The position numbers and the translations under genes were made by a program. From Chara braunii (taxonomy: Eukaryota; Plantae; Charophyceae), in NCBI GenBank assembly GCA_003427395.1, contig BFEA01000031.1:1338221-1402220 (forward strand): a stretch of DNA of 64,000 nucleotides, in the 5' to 3' direction. Each line of letters starts with the position of its first letter. The stretch's first letter is position 1. Shown piece after piece: positions 37,389 through 50,915 of the stretch. The notes beneath the pieces were generated by a model. That model ran no database searches and was not told the origin of the DNA. It saw only the letters and a program-made list of their open reading frames with translations.

Positions 37389-38961
37389 ATAGTATAATCA
37401 AAAGGAAACTTCCCTAAGTTCTCTCTTCCTATTGGCCACTCGAGAGACCACCTCTACCCCGCGAGGAAGAGGAGCCTGTGAGCTCAGAAGGATCAAATGG
37501 ACCAGAGAAGGAATGCCGTCTCACTCGGCTACCTCCCTGTCCTCCCCCGCTGAGAGACTCCTCCCCACCCTCAGACTAGAGACTAGCCGCAGACACAGGT
37601 TATCCCCGAGGAAGGGTGGCAACCCCTTCCCCGGAGTCGGACCGAAGTCACACACCCGCACCCTACGTCCCCCACTGAACCGACCTCTAGTCCTAATTAG
37701 CCTATCCGGCACCACGCCTCTACTCGGCCCACCTCAAGCGTGGAATTACCCGGGTCCCAGGACAAGATCCACCTATGTATCGGGAATCGCTAGCCTATCT
37801 ACGCCCTCCCCATTCTCCTCATCGTGAACTCTTCGCACTTCGTTCCCTTCTCCCTTTTTCGCCTCCTGCTGCCTCTTTTCTCTCTTGGAATCACCGGAAG
37901 ATCGGGGAATGTAAAAAAAGGGTGGGAAGAGCGGAGCTTTTTAGGAAGATGCTCTCAGGTGGGGTCGATAAACATACGTACCTTGGGTCTTCAATACTCG
38001 TTATCGTAATCCCAATAATCCCCCAGTTCCGAGTCCGAGAAGTCGGCTAGACACCGGTCCACCCAGGAGTCGACCTCCGATCCCTCGCCCAAGGTCCCCC
38101 AAGTATCCCCCTCTTCTTGAATGCCCCCGCTATGAAGGTCAGGAATCTCCCTCTCTCCCCCTCGCTCTGGCACCCGTAGCACCACACTCCTCTCCCCTAA
38201 GCCCCGAACCGGTCCCGATTGAGAGTCTCGCTCCCTTGCGGGAGTTGCAACCGTCGTCAGCCCCGTGGATCGAGAATCGAAACCCCTAACCCCTCTCTAG
38301 ACACAATTTCTCTTGTGGTACTCCGCCCCTAGGTAGGTGCCTTCCACAACCCGTGCGGATCAATAACACTTGGCGACCCCCTCGGATCCCAAATAGACAG
38401 CGCTACCGGGCCCTCTCGGACCCCCCTCCCCGCTCCCTCTCTTTCTCTCTCCCTCTCTCCCCCTCGAGCAGACCCCCTTATACTATTTCCCCGGACTGTT
38501 CTTCCCCCTCTCCTTTCGTTGTTCTTCCCCCTCATTCAGACCCCTCAGGCAAACTGTGCACCCCCTTAGTTTTTCAAGTTTTTTGAAATAAACACGCGCA
38601 AAAACCAAACACACAAAAAGGAACTGACCTGTTTTTACCCTTCGACGGCCGCAAGTGGGCGCCGAGATCGCAAGCGAGCCGGAGCGGACCTGCAAAAAGA
38701 ACCAAGAAGACAAGCCCCGACACCCGGAAACCCCTCGCCCCCGACAGACCCCAACAACATGCCCCTCCCAATAAACCCTTTGCCGACGTTGCTTGAGAAG
38801 AGACTCGATCCCCGCGAAGAAACTGCTTGAAGACACGTGCCGAAGAACTTTGACGCCGAAATTTTGAAGAATGCTGCAAACTCACTTCACCGCTGCCTGT
38901 CACGCTGGTCCTCCCTCACCCCGTGATTGCTGAGCCGGACGCGGCCGCGGGAGAACTGCTC

Positions 38962-38980
38962 ATCCCCGGCAATGGCGCCA
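38962..38980 (-). promoter_or_regulatory. Primer-binding site (tRNA-Asp), element C
   Basis: TGGCGCCATTGCCGGGGAT, 5 nt after the 5' LTR. Confidence 0.9.
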
Positions 38981-38985
38981 CTTTT

Positions 38986-41900
38986 TGTCCGGGTAGTCCC
39001 TCTCCCCCCACCTCTGTTTGTTAGGTCACCTGACCAGCCACCCCCTTCCGATCACCCCCCCTCCCCTCGGCGGGAGGCTCGGTTAGTCGCAAGCGCGGTC
39101 CCTCCCGGTAGCCGGCGCAGTACAGATTAACACCCCCTCTTTCCCACGGGTGGGCGACCCCTAGACACTCCTCCTTCCCCCACACTTTGACCGGACGCCC
39201 TCCCTTCTTTTTGGAATCTGGATCAGACCGCTCGAGGACGAGTCGATGGCTGCCACCACTGGCTCGCGACGCCAGGCCCACACGACCACCACTCGGCTCA
39301 GATCGGAGGCTCGAAATGGACCAAGCAAACGTGACCTGGTCCAGCCGACAAAGGACTCTTTAATAGAGCTAGACCTCGTAAAAGCGACGGGAAATGTCGG
39401 TACACCGCCTACAGGCGAACAAATCTGACGAACACCGGGGCAAAAAAAGAAAAAAAAACAGGCTTTCTTGAAACATACAGATCACACCAGATCAGCCAGC
39501 GGCCGGCTCGAGGCCAGATATTTTTTGACGGGCCGTTGAAAATAAAAATTTAGGAACAGCACTTAAATGGGAGCAGGGCGGGTAACCGCCTGGGCCGAAA
39601 ATGAGAAAGAAAAGAGGAAAGGAAAAGGAAAAAGAACAGGCTTTCTTGAAACATATAGATCACACTAGATCAGCCCGCGGCCGACTCGAGCCCAGACGTC
39701 TTTGACGGACTTTTTGCGAACAAGAAACTCTCGAAGAAACCCAGAAAACAGAAATTTTTGGAACTGCATCCAAACTGGGCGGGGTGTATAATCTCCGGGG
39801 GCCGAAAATAGCTTTCTTGGGAGATACAGCTATGCCATCAGCAAGAAACTCGGAGTCGGTAGTGTCTCCTGACCGTTTCTTGCAGTGAACAGAAGTCGCT
39901 TCCCTCCCCTCTGAAACGTCGCTCAGTACGTCGGGGGTTCGAAGCTCGTGCGCACTAGCTGCAGCAGCTCCCTCCCCTCGCGTCAGCCGCGTCGCACTGG
40001 CTTTCTCGGCTCGCCCCTTCCGACACAGGAGATTCTCTACTTCTTCCNNNNNNNNNNNNNNNNNNNNNNNNNNNNNNNNNNNNNNNNNNNNNNNNNNNNN
40101 NNNNNNNNNNNNNNNNNNNNNNNNNNNNNNNNNNNNNNNNNNNNNNNNNNNNNNNNNNNNNNNNNNNNNNNNNNNNNNNNNNNNNNNNNNNNNNNNNNNN
40201 NNNNNNNNNNNNNNNNNNNNNNNNNNNNNNNNNNNNNNNNNNNNNNNNNNNNNNNNNNNNNNNNNNNNNNNNNNNNNNNNNNNNNNNNNNNNNNNNNNNN
40301 NNNNNNNNNNNNNNNNNNNNNNNNNNNNNNNNNNNNNNNNNNNNNNNNNNNNNNNNNNNNNNNNNNNNNNNNNNNNNNNNNNNNNNNNNNNNNNNNNNNN
40401 NNNNNNNNNNNNNNNNNNNNNNNNNNNNNNNNNNNNNNNNNNNNNNNNNNNNNNNNNNNNNNNNNNNNNNNNNNNNNNNNNNNNNNNNNNNNNNNNNNNN
40501 NNNNNNNNNNNNNNNNNNNNNNNNNNNNNNNNNNNNNNNNNNNNNNNNNNNNNNNNNNNNNNNNNNNNNNNNNNNNNNNNNNNNNNNNNNNNNNNNNNNN
40601 NNNNNNNNNNNNNNNNNNNNNNNNNNNNNNNNNNNNNNNNNNNNNNNNNNNNNNNNNNNNNNNNNNNNNNNNNNNNNNNNNNNNNNNNNNNNNNNNNNNN
40701 NNNNNNNNNNNNNNNNNNNNNNNNNNNNNNNNNNNNNNNNNNNNNNNNNNNNNNNNNNNNNNNNNNNNNNNNNNNNNNNNNNNNNNNNNNNNNNNNNNNN
40801 NNNNNNNNNNNNNNNNNNNNNNNNNNNNNNNNNNNNNNNNNNNNNNNNNNNNNNNNNNNNNNNNNNNNNNNNNNNNNNNNNNNNNNNNNNNNNNNNNNNN
40901 NNNNNNNNNNNNNNNNNNNNNNNNNNNNNNNNNNNNNNNNNNNNNNNNNNNNNNNNNNNNNNNNNNNNNNNNNNNNNNNNNNNNNNNNNNNNNNNNNNNN
41001 NNNNNNNNNNNNNNNNNNNNNNNNNNNNNNNNNNNNNNNNNNNNNNNCCCGTCTACCCTTCCCCTCAAGCCTTCTTTATCCCTCTCTTCTCTCTCACGCG
41101 CACCAGTCTCTCCTCCTGGCGCAAGCACCATCGGCCGACGAGCTCGTGCAATGAGATATGTGCGCTCAGAACTCGTGCGTGCCAACCATGAGCTCCAACT
41201 CGCTCCTACGTGCACCGGGCTGTGCTCCTGGCGTAGGCACCCTCGACCGACGAGCTCGCGCGCTTAGACTCCTTCGTGTGTTCTGAATTCGTGCGCGCCA
41301 ACCCTGAGCTCCGATTCCCCTCTTGAACCTCTCTCCTTGCTTCCACACAGCCGCTCGCTCCGGAGCTTCCGCAGCACCCCGTTCGGTTCCGGGTCAGGAG
41401 AGCGAAGGCGAGAACTCTTCGGTATCGCCCTCTCTCTCTCCCGTGCGCCAGCGAATGTTATCCTCGAGCGCACACCGTGCGTACTCGCTAGCTTCCAACC
41501 TCCGTGCGCTTTTCTTTTTCAGGCTCCTCTCTCTCTCTTTTATACCCTCGGTCCCTCGTTACTTCCTCCTTCCGTATACGGCATTCGCATCTCATTCTGC
41601 TAACGTTTCCGCAATTTTCCCTTCTTCCTGCCGTTCGCCTTAAATTTTTCGAAATTTTTTCTTACTTCCCGCTCACCCTTCCTCCCCATCCGTTAGATCC
41701 AGCGTTTCCCCATCCTCGACCAATTACGGCTCACCTTTTCCTCAAGTTAGGATCGATATTGCTTTGTTCGGTCGATAACCTCCCGCCGGCAGCACTTGTC
41801 CCTTTCCAATCTTTGTTACTTGCTGCACAAGTCCGTTGAGCTCCCTTGTCCGTTCGTTTTCTTCCTCCGGGATCTGGCGGGAGCTCTGATAGACGGCGCA

Positions 41901-43328
41901 CCCCAGTACCAGCTCTGGTGCAGTTCGTTGCCCGACCGTTTGTACCCTTCGGCGCTGGTGATGTTTTCCGTACCTTCGAGAGCGTCGACTCTATTCCTCT
42001 TCTTCCCTCCCCCCCTCTCTCTGCCACATAGTTTCTTTCTCCCAACGTTTTCTACCATTTCCCACTTACTTTCGTCGATCCAGACTTCTTTTCCTCCTCC
42101 AATCGCAACTCGCCCCTCACCCTCGACAGGATCTTAATCACCCCCACTCTTCTTCGGCTGACAGTCGCGCCATCCTCGAAATTTTCCACTACTTCCCGCT
42201 CCTTCTCTTCTCCCCTTTTCATTCCTTGTCGCTCCAAACTTCTTCACCTCCCTCCAATCGCAGGTCATCCCTCACTCTCGGCGGGATCCTCATCCCCCCC
42301 GCTCTTCTCAGGGCTGCCCAATGCCCTCACCTGGTCTGGCGAAGCCGCTGGCACTCGCCGATTCCTTCTCCCTTCGACTGTCTGTCTTGCCGCGCGTATC
42401 TGATGCGACTCTTGGTTTAGATGCATCCTGGCTTTAGCCAGCGGATTCGTAATCAGCCCGTTCATATTCCCTTCCGTCTGGAGCAGCGGTCTCGTTCCCC
42501 ATGCTTTCAAGAGTCCGTTATCAAGAACTCGCGACGCTCTCATTCCCTCCCTCCCCACATAACTCACTTTCCCTTCTTGTACCGCCAATTGCGCGCGTAG
42601 CCTCCTCCAGCCGGACCCCGGATTCGCCTGGTGGGTCCCTCAGGCAGTAAAAGCTACTAGCTGGCTCTTCTCACCATTCTCCTGCCTCAGGGACGCACGC
42701 CAGATCTCACAAGAATCAAATCCCCCCTTTTCCAACCACCCGTATACGGTCCACTCCTCGGCCCTTGCATGAGCTTTGGATCCGTTGGTGGCGGCCCTCG
42801 GTCACAGTCCCCTACCTCGCTTGGAGTGACTCCAGGCCGCGGACACCAAACCCCTTCGACTCTATCCGTCTTACCGGCCCAAGCCCGCAAGGTTGTTTAT
42901 CTCGAGACTGTGCCAAGGGAGCCTGCTTGTTATCCCCCTCTGTAGTTATTCCCCTGACCCTCCTCGTGTCGAAGTCCCGTCCGATCACAATGCTTCAGGT
43001 GCTGCTGATAGCCCATGCTCGGGCCCTCTGTAGGTCGCTTATTTTCGGCCCTCACTCGACAGTCCGCCGTTCATTCCCGTTTTCTTGGTCTTGGCATCGA
43101 AAAACTCCGATTTTCATGATCCGCGCGAGCCCGCTCGTGACCAAAATTTGGACCGCCACTTCAGCCAATAGAAGGGTAAGTGCGAAGACCCGGACACCCG
43201 GGGACATCCACAAATGCTACATTCACATGCACTCATACGTCAAAACCAAGCAAAACTATAAAAACAAAGAAGAAAAAAGTTTTTTATTTCAAAGAAAAAC
43301 ACTTCGGCTGTTAGACAGCCGCCCGACA
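38986..43328 (-). repeat. 5' LTR of element C
   Basis: TG...CA termini; direct repeat of 21151-25221; N gap 40048-41047. Confidence 0.95.
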
Positions 43329-44254
43329 ACGTCACCGCCCTTCATTCTCTGCAGAGCTCTAATGCGTCAACTTCCATACCACAGGTCAGCACTCTGAGCC
43401 GAACAGGGTCCAATTGCAGATCTGACTGCAGGTCTAGTTACAGGTTTGTGACTGACAGATTATTGGTTTAGTTACAACTGAGAGTTGTCGCTGTGATTAC
43501 CATTCTGAAGTGCTGCTCTAATTGACGGTCCCTGGTTGCAGATTGCTAGTTGTTGATGGCTGATTGCTTTTCGTTTGCCACTTCTAAAGCGAAACTGCCT
43601 TCTGACTGTTGTTTCCTGTTGCTGTTACTGACTGTGGTTCTAGATTGCAGGCCCAAATAACTGACCGAAAGATTGCTGGCTAGGATTTTGTTGATTGTGC
43701 GACAGTTGATCAATTACCTGATTGAATAAAACTGAATACTGATTAAAATGTCGGTCTGAGCTCCGGTCTGAGTACTGATCCAACAAACTGATAAAATAAC
43801 CGATTGACTGTTTGATCAAGGTAATTCTGTTTTCTGAATGGTTGAATGGCGAAATAAAAGGCGGTTTTTTATGTTGTCTGAGATCTGCCAGCGTATAAAT
43901 CTTCACGCTATAATCTCTTAATGATTTGGGGCAACCACATTTTTGCTGACTGATGTTCAGGCATCTGGGGACTGTTATGGTACCGATAGGGTACTGGCCG
44001 ATCATTAGTCAAATACTAGTTGAGAGTTGATTGATCCGTTGGTTGATTGTTGCTATTATTACTGAACCCTGCACAACAGCGGCCTCATAGTGCATGGAAA
44101 CACAGTTGGCAGTGCCGAGTCCTTAGTAACGGTAAACGGTACTCAGCACCACCCTCTGTCAATTGCGGAGAGTATCAAACATTGTATATTGCTTACAACC
44201 CTGGTCTACTGAAGGGGTCCCCTGAGACAGAGATCAGAGCATTCTTATGTCCGC

Positions 44255-44590
44255 TTAAGTTCTTGCCTTGGCCTGCTCCAGGCTTTCCAATGACGAAACT
44301 GTACTATGCGGCTTCCCACTTGACTCGCAGATATAGAAAACGTACTCAATAAGCCTGTGATGACTCTCGGCTTTCTCCATAGCAAATTTTCTCAGAAACT
44401 TCTTGCTTTCTTCAGTCTCTCTCAACACCCTATCTTCCCAGCCCTCAGTTTTCGCCTGGTGTAAAGTACAGGTCACAACCAGTGTGTCCATGTTTCTGTA
44501 TCCCTCACCCTTATCCCATTTCTCACTTCCAGGTACGAAATTAGGGGGAACAAAAGTCTTTCTCCGGACCCTTAGGCGATCCTTTAGCAT
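44255..44590 (-). CDS. Accessory ORF, family 2 (111 aa), in the probable solo LTR
   Basis: VTCTLHQAKTEGWEDRV...IEYVFYI...KPHSTVSSLESLEQAK. Confidence 0.65.
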   Translation of the reverse strand: MLKDRLRVRRKTFVPPNFVPGSEKWDKGEGYRNMDTLVVTCTLHQAKTEGWEDRVLRETEESKKFLRKFAMEKAESHHRLIEYVFYICESSGKPHSTVSSLESLEQAKART

Positions 44591-47042
44591 GTAGTTAAAG
44601 GCTAAACAGGTGATGATTCTTTTTGGACATTGACTTCTTGCATCAATTAAGAATGTCTGGGTATCTACTCCTGTTAGACTAAAACTGCAGGAAACTAGTC
44701 CCCATCCAGTGAGAACTTTGCGATTAAATAAGCAACCTTTTTCAACTGTTGTTTCCTTCCCCTACGACTCATTACTCGAACCCGGCATTCGCAGAGGTCT
44801 GATCTCAACTGCTCTTTTGAGTCCAACTAGGGCGAGTGTTCATAGGTTACCGTGTTTTCACGCTTGAACAATCTCGCTGATAACCGCGTAGATCAGGTGA
44901 CCATACGAATATCTGCGGAAAGATCGTACCACCTTCTGGTCGTACAAGTCTGTCACCGGTGTTTCATCCTCCAACGAGGGTAAGTTGAGACAAAATTACT
45001 CACATTTACACTACACCCACGTCAAGCAGTTAGGATCAGAGACATCCGTCGAGCCCAATATTTGTCGCCCTGATCATCCCTTCATTGATAAACAGTAGAG
45101 CCGTCACATTTAAATAACCGCAGACTTTGGGTAATAATAACAATAATAATAATAAAATAACAAAAATAAAGATACTCCAGCAGAGAATTCCTCTTCGACG
45201 TCCTGGCTTGAAGGACAGAGCCCCCGCTTACAAAACATCCCACAAAGGAAAACTGAGACAACGCTTGGAATGAGCTTCAAACTTTACATCCGAGAGACAC
45301 GCAAGCAGGAACAAGGGTAGAAAAGAAATACGAATCATGACAACCATCACGCACCTTCCCGCCCTACTGAGTCACACGCTATACGACCTCAGAATCGATC
45401 TCATCAGGTCAGGCGCCACTTTTGGCCTGCCGACAGAATTCCCTTATCATTACCCAAGTCGAAACAGTCACAAAACTGTGGGCACCCCGATTCATTATCA
45501 CATAACTCCCACCCAATAACCGTACCTGTATAGATTATCGAACTCAATATCCATCCCAAAATTCCTCCCTGTCTCACACGTCTCAGTGATGACTGATATG
45601 GCTGCTCATAGCCCCTCATACCTGTATTCAATGCACCAGGATCACAGAGAGCTTTTTAACAAAATCGTACAGGCCGTAATCTCTACTCTAAGTCCCTCCG
45701 TGTCTGTTTTCTCAGAACTCACAAGCGGCCTCAGACTCTACTGTCTGGTAGCAAAAGTCAGTGGGACCTATGATCCCCATTGAGGGTAAACCTTTTCGCC
45801 TTCTCTGATCGAAGAGTCCATGCTAACATATTTTCGGTGGCTAGACCGAGAAATACAATTGATAACTCCCCGCTAAATAGCGGCTCAGCCCGGAAACAGC
45901 CTTATTACAGCAGAGAGACAGAGTTATTTCCCCTACACTAGCGATATCGAAAGCGGAAAAGGCACATTCTGCCACTAAAGCTTCCATGCGCGCTCACTCC
46001 TCAGATTAAGCCTCACACGCAAGGTTCAACCATAACCATACCCTTCCCCTGACGATCTTTAAACTTCAGTGACTCAAATCATACGCGCGAGATGAGAGAA
46101 GAAAGATAAACTCACTCCTACGGTCCTTGACTCATGCAGAGGGTTATCAACAACCGTTTACAACTGACGGGGAACAGCCTTGACGAAGAAGGCGCATCAA
46201 AAGAAGAACAAATGGACATCAAAAGGGGTCAGGCTATCTCTCAAAACTCCCTAGTGTCACGCAATTGGACAAAATACCCTTACAAGGGTATTTTGCCATG
46301 ACTTTGCATTCGTCAAGGTGATGGCGTCAGCCGCCATGACGTAGCCAGTCTGGAACAAGAAGGGTGTTCACGCTTGGCGTGACGCTGAAAGCAAAACCCT
46401 CGACCACTGAGGCCGGGGGAAGAATCGGTAAGAAAATTTCGTTAAAGAATGTACGCGCGTTATTATGACGCACACCAAGGTGATACCCCTCGACAGAAGA
46501 GGTCGAAGGGACAGGTAGGTTTGTGATTGTGTCGGATAGGTCTACGACGCACGCTGAGACGTAGGTTGCTACCTATCTACGTGCTGGTACAAGGTGTCTA
46601 AAAGTATCAACTTGTCTTCTTAAACTCGACCTCCGAGTCGAGTGCTCTCCGCATCTACCTCTACTTAGTGAGGTACCGGCCTACCCGCCACTTGAGTGTT
46701 TTCCCGCCACGACCGTCAATATCGCGGCCACGGCCAAATACCGGCCGACCTGCTACTTGAATGTTTTCCCCCCCCCGCCATTCTGAGTATGCGGGTTTAC
46801 CCCGCTGCCTTGTAACTTTCCCGCCGTGTCCCTCAAGGCCACGACTACAGGTAAGTACCGGGTCTACGGCCTTCTGAGCGACTGAGTGCCCTTGCGGGTC
46901 ACACACGCGCTCAAGTCAACAGGCATGCAGACAGGCATGCGTGCACACACACAGACTTGGAAACAGACTCGGGCCGCTAAGTGGGCTGGGCCCCCCCCCC
47001 GGTCCTATATGTACCAGAGCTGCTCCCTTTCTAACCAGAATA

Positions 47043-47128
47043 GGAGCTAGCTCAGTTGGTTTAGATACAGTTGTCAAGCGGTGGACGCAAGGAACGAATC
47101 CCACCGCCCTCTGAGCTAGCTCCCTTTT
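47043..47128 (+). ncRNA. tRNA-derived or Pol III-type small element (SINE head-like)
   Basis: A-box TAGCTCAGTTGG, degenerate B-box GGAACGAATCC, 13-bp terminal inverted repeat, then TTTT. Confidence 0.4.
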
Positions 47129-49859
47129 GACAGGAGCTTTACCTTTATTTTACCTAGGTTTGAACGGCCGGGACTCGATCCCGCGACCTCTCTATCTGGG
47201 TTAGTTGTGTTGGTTGCCTCGTTGAAACGAGACACCACGTTAGGCAGTTAGTAGTAGTTCTCGTTTGAATTCGTTCATTTTATTTTATTTTATTTTGTTG
47301 ATTAATTCCTTTACCCGTAGCTTCTATTTCCCTGATTCACGCAAGGGAATCTGCACCCGGAAGACGGGCTGATGCAGCCGGAGAAAGGAAGAAGCCCGGC
47401 CAGCCTACCGTACGGCATCAGCCTATAGCACGAAGAGCCCCTCGTCAAGGAAAGAGCAGGCCGCAGCAAGATCGTGCGCGCAGAGCAAGATCGGAGATCG
47501 GCCGCGCAATAGCCAGAGGGAGCGCAGGGGGGCGAGGAAGGCAGAACGCGAGAAAGACGAGGAGAGAGCACTCGTAAGGAAGTAGAAGGAGGAGAAAAGT
47601 AAGAAGGAGGAGGAAGTAAGAGGAGAAAGAGAAGGGGAAAGGGTTCGTCGTGACAAGGATAGANTGTTGTAACTATCGATCTTGAACGACGAAAGCCTAG
47701 TAAGCGCGAGTCATCAGCTCGCGCTGATCACNTCCCTGCCCTTAGTACACTCCGNCGTCGCTCCTACGATTGAGGGGGGGGGGCGGTGAAGTGTCTGGAT
47801 TGAGGCGATCTCGGCAGTCTGCCGCCAGGGTGAAGTTCGTGAGGCTTTATTACGTAGAAGAAGAAGAAGAAGAAGAAGAAAAAAAAAAAAAAAAAGAAGA
47901 AGAAGAGGGAAAAGGGGGAGAAGGAAGCAAGACAACGACAGCGCGAAGGAGAAGAAGAAGAGGGAGAAGAAGAGGAAGGAGGAAGGAGAGAGAGAGCAAG
48001 GAGGGGAAGACATACCTTCCTCACAGACGTCGACGAACGGGCTGACTTCGACGACGGCTCGACGACGACGAGGAGCGAGATAGAAAACAGGTAAGTCGTC
48101 AATATTGTGGCTTACCTCGTAATACATCAATATGATAAAACAAAATAAAAATAAATAAATAAATCAATAAATAAATAAATAAATAAATATATAAATAAAT
48201 AAAATAAGAAAATCAAATGAATCTACCGCTATGACACGAATACATACATTACTACACTATACGTATGTGTATGTGTACATGAGTGTGTGTGTATAAATGT
48301 GTGTGAGACAGAGAGAGAGAGAGTTCTCCTTCTTCCTCTTCTTAGTCCACCATCTTTTTCTCACCCTCTCGCCAGCTGACTTCTCGGTGTCAGCAGACTA
48401 CGACAGAGAGAGAGAAGATTGGAGATTTGAGACTTGACGACATTGGATCCAGACTTGACATGGGATACAGACGTTTTGACGAGGGACTATTTGGGCCTGC
48501 GCCGAAGACTTGGTGTTGACGACATTCCCATCTTCGCCTCTTCTACGTCTAACCTCCCTCTTCCTCGTCTGGGTATGGTCGGGGCTGGCGCAGTCTTCGT
48601 GCGTAAGGCGCCGGACCCCTTTTCACCATGGAATGATGATGATGATGTATGATCGGGGCTGCATTGCAATATTAATTGTTCGGATCACTGATATCTACGT
48701 CTTCCGCTATGTTATCTCGTACCTGTACGAGGGGTCGGCTCTAGTTCTAGTCAGCACCTTTATAGTATACAACCGTGTGTGTGAGAGTTTGAGTGTGCGG
48801 GCGCTCGTATGTGTATGTGTATGGGGGAGAGAGATCGGAGAGGGAAAGAGGAGGAGGAGAGAAAGGGGGACGATAAGTCTCCAACCTTGGCCAACAGCCA
48901 ACTCTCAAGCCATGACTCGCCACGCGCTACCTAGATCGATAGAATGAGCAAATCAAAAAGTGGCAGTGCATATTGCCACATTTCAGCAGAAGATTCATTC
49001 CGTTTTTGCTCATCCTATCGATGGAATGCTTGTGTGTGTGTGTGTGTGCGTCCGTGAGTACGTGGGCACGCGTGCATGCGCGAGAAATGTGTGTGTGAGA
49101 GAGAAAGAAAGTGGAGAGAAAGAGAAGAGAGAGAGAGATTGGGCGGAGGCCAGAGGTGCTTACCTGTAGCGCCATTGCTCCAGCTTCGTCTTCAAGGTAC
49201 CTGCAACACACGCCGAGGTCTCAGGTTAGTACCTGGCTCGAAACACAGAGAGAGACAGGGACCTGGACCATCAACTAAGTCTCTACCCCACGGCTCGTCG
49301 CACGCTACTTGGATCGATAGGACGAGCTAATCAAAAGGGTGACAATGTATATTTCCACGTCTCAGCGGAAGGTTCATTCCGTTTTTGCTCATCCTATCGA
49401 TGGAGTGTGCGTGTGTGTGTGTGTGTGTGATAGAGAGAAAGAGAGAGTTCTCTCCTTCCCCTCTAAGTCCACTATCTCTCCCTCGCACTCTCGCTACCCA
49501 ACCTTGGCTATCAGCTAAAGTCTTGAACAGCGGCTCGCCGCGAGCTACTTGGACCGATAGAACGAGCAAACCAAGAAGTGGCAGTGTATGTTTCCCCGTT
49601 TCAGCGGAAGATTCGTTCCGGTTTTGCTCGTCCTATCGGTGGAATGTGTGTGTATGTGAGACCTTCATGATTCGATCAAGAAGAGAGCGAGAGATCGAGG
49701 AGAGAAAGGGAAAGAGAGAGAAGGCAGAAGGAGAAGGAAAGCTTACCGGTCAACACTGCTTCCGTGCGTTTCCCTCTGAAGGGGAACGCACGACCTTGCA
49801 GCATGTACCTGGCCGAAAAGGTGGCCTGTATAAATCCGGTTTGTATTAGTATTAGTACG

Positions 49860-49871
49860 ATTATTATGATG

Positions 49872-49912
<41 letters not shown>

Positions 49913-49962
49913 GATCATTATTATTATTATTATTATTACTACTATCATTTATCATTACTATT
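49860..49962. repeat. (ATT)n microsatellite
   Basis: Visible trinucleotide run. Confidence 0.95.
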
Positions 49963-50811
49963 ATTTTAAATCCAATATACAAACGAAATGGCAGAGAGAG
50001 AGAGGAGATGAAAAGGGGGGGGAGAAGGGAGAAAAGAGAAGGGAGGCGAGGAAAATAGACCAAGATCGCAATAACAAAGTGATAAGTCCCTTGCCGAGTG
50101 TCCAAGCAATGTCTGTCCCAGAAAACGGGGCCGGATCGGATCTTGTTAAGTACGCCCAAGCATAACCGCTGCCTGAATTCTTGTTGTTAACCCTCAAGCT
50201 CTCACATTCGAAGAAAGGATAAGAGAGGGTGAGAGAGGAGGAAGAGAAAAGGAGATGGAGAAGGGAGAGGAGATCTAAGAAGGAGAGAAGGAGAAGAGAG
50301 AGAGGGGAAGAGAGGACGATATGATGATAATGAGAGTGTGTTGGGGCTGCACTGCAATATTGATCGTACGGATCCTTGGTATCTAAGTCTCCCGCTTCGC
50401 TGTTTGTGCTCTGTATGAGTGGTCGGTTCTTGTTCTAGTCTGCACCTTTACAGTAGCGACAGTGTGTATGTGTGCATGTAAAGGAGAGAGAGAGAGAGAA
50501 AGGGAGAAAGAAGGTGGTAGTGATGATGATGATGTGGGGGCACTTACCTGGCAGCAGCAATGGCCTACATAGGTGACATCTTCAGGTACTCTGGGCCGCC
50601 GCTAATAACGATAGTTGCATTGTCTCCTTGTAGTCTGTAGTAGGGAGTAGGCTGGGCACCGAGCGCCAGGTAGGGAGAATAGGGCCTGGATACTCATGTT
50701 GGTGGTGGCGAGAGCAAGCTCTCATTGACATTGGTTTTCAGAGTTACGAATCTCCATTGGTGTATTATCGGTGCAATGTTGCTTCTGGATACAGTCATCA
50801 CGCTGTTGTTA

Positions 50812-50915
<104 letters not shown>

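Larger units (their letters stand above)
21151..43328 (-). mobile_element. Full-length Ty3/Gypsy LTR retrotransposon C (about 22 kb including two 1-kb N gaps)
   Basis: Two direct repeats TGTCCGGG...CCCGACA, PBS, PPT and domain order gag-PR-RT-RNaseH-IN; flanks acgc/acgt. Confidence 0.95.
19522..46083 (-). mobile_element. Probable solo LTR of the element A family (about 4.4 kb), split by insertion of element C
   Basis: Homology to 2750 onward starts exactly at the LTR terminus (tatcgcac vs tgtcgcac) with no adjacent PBS; candidate 5-bp TSD cgcgc at 19517-19521 and 46084-46088; right boundary less certain. Confidence 0.6.

Noticed and set aside
47043-47115. Functional tRNA gene
   Set aside because: No coherent anticodon or T stems, and the B-box is degenerate
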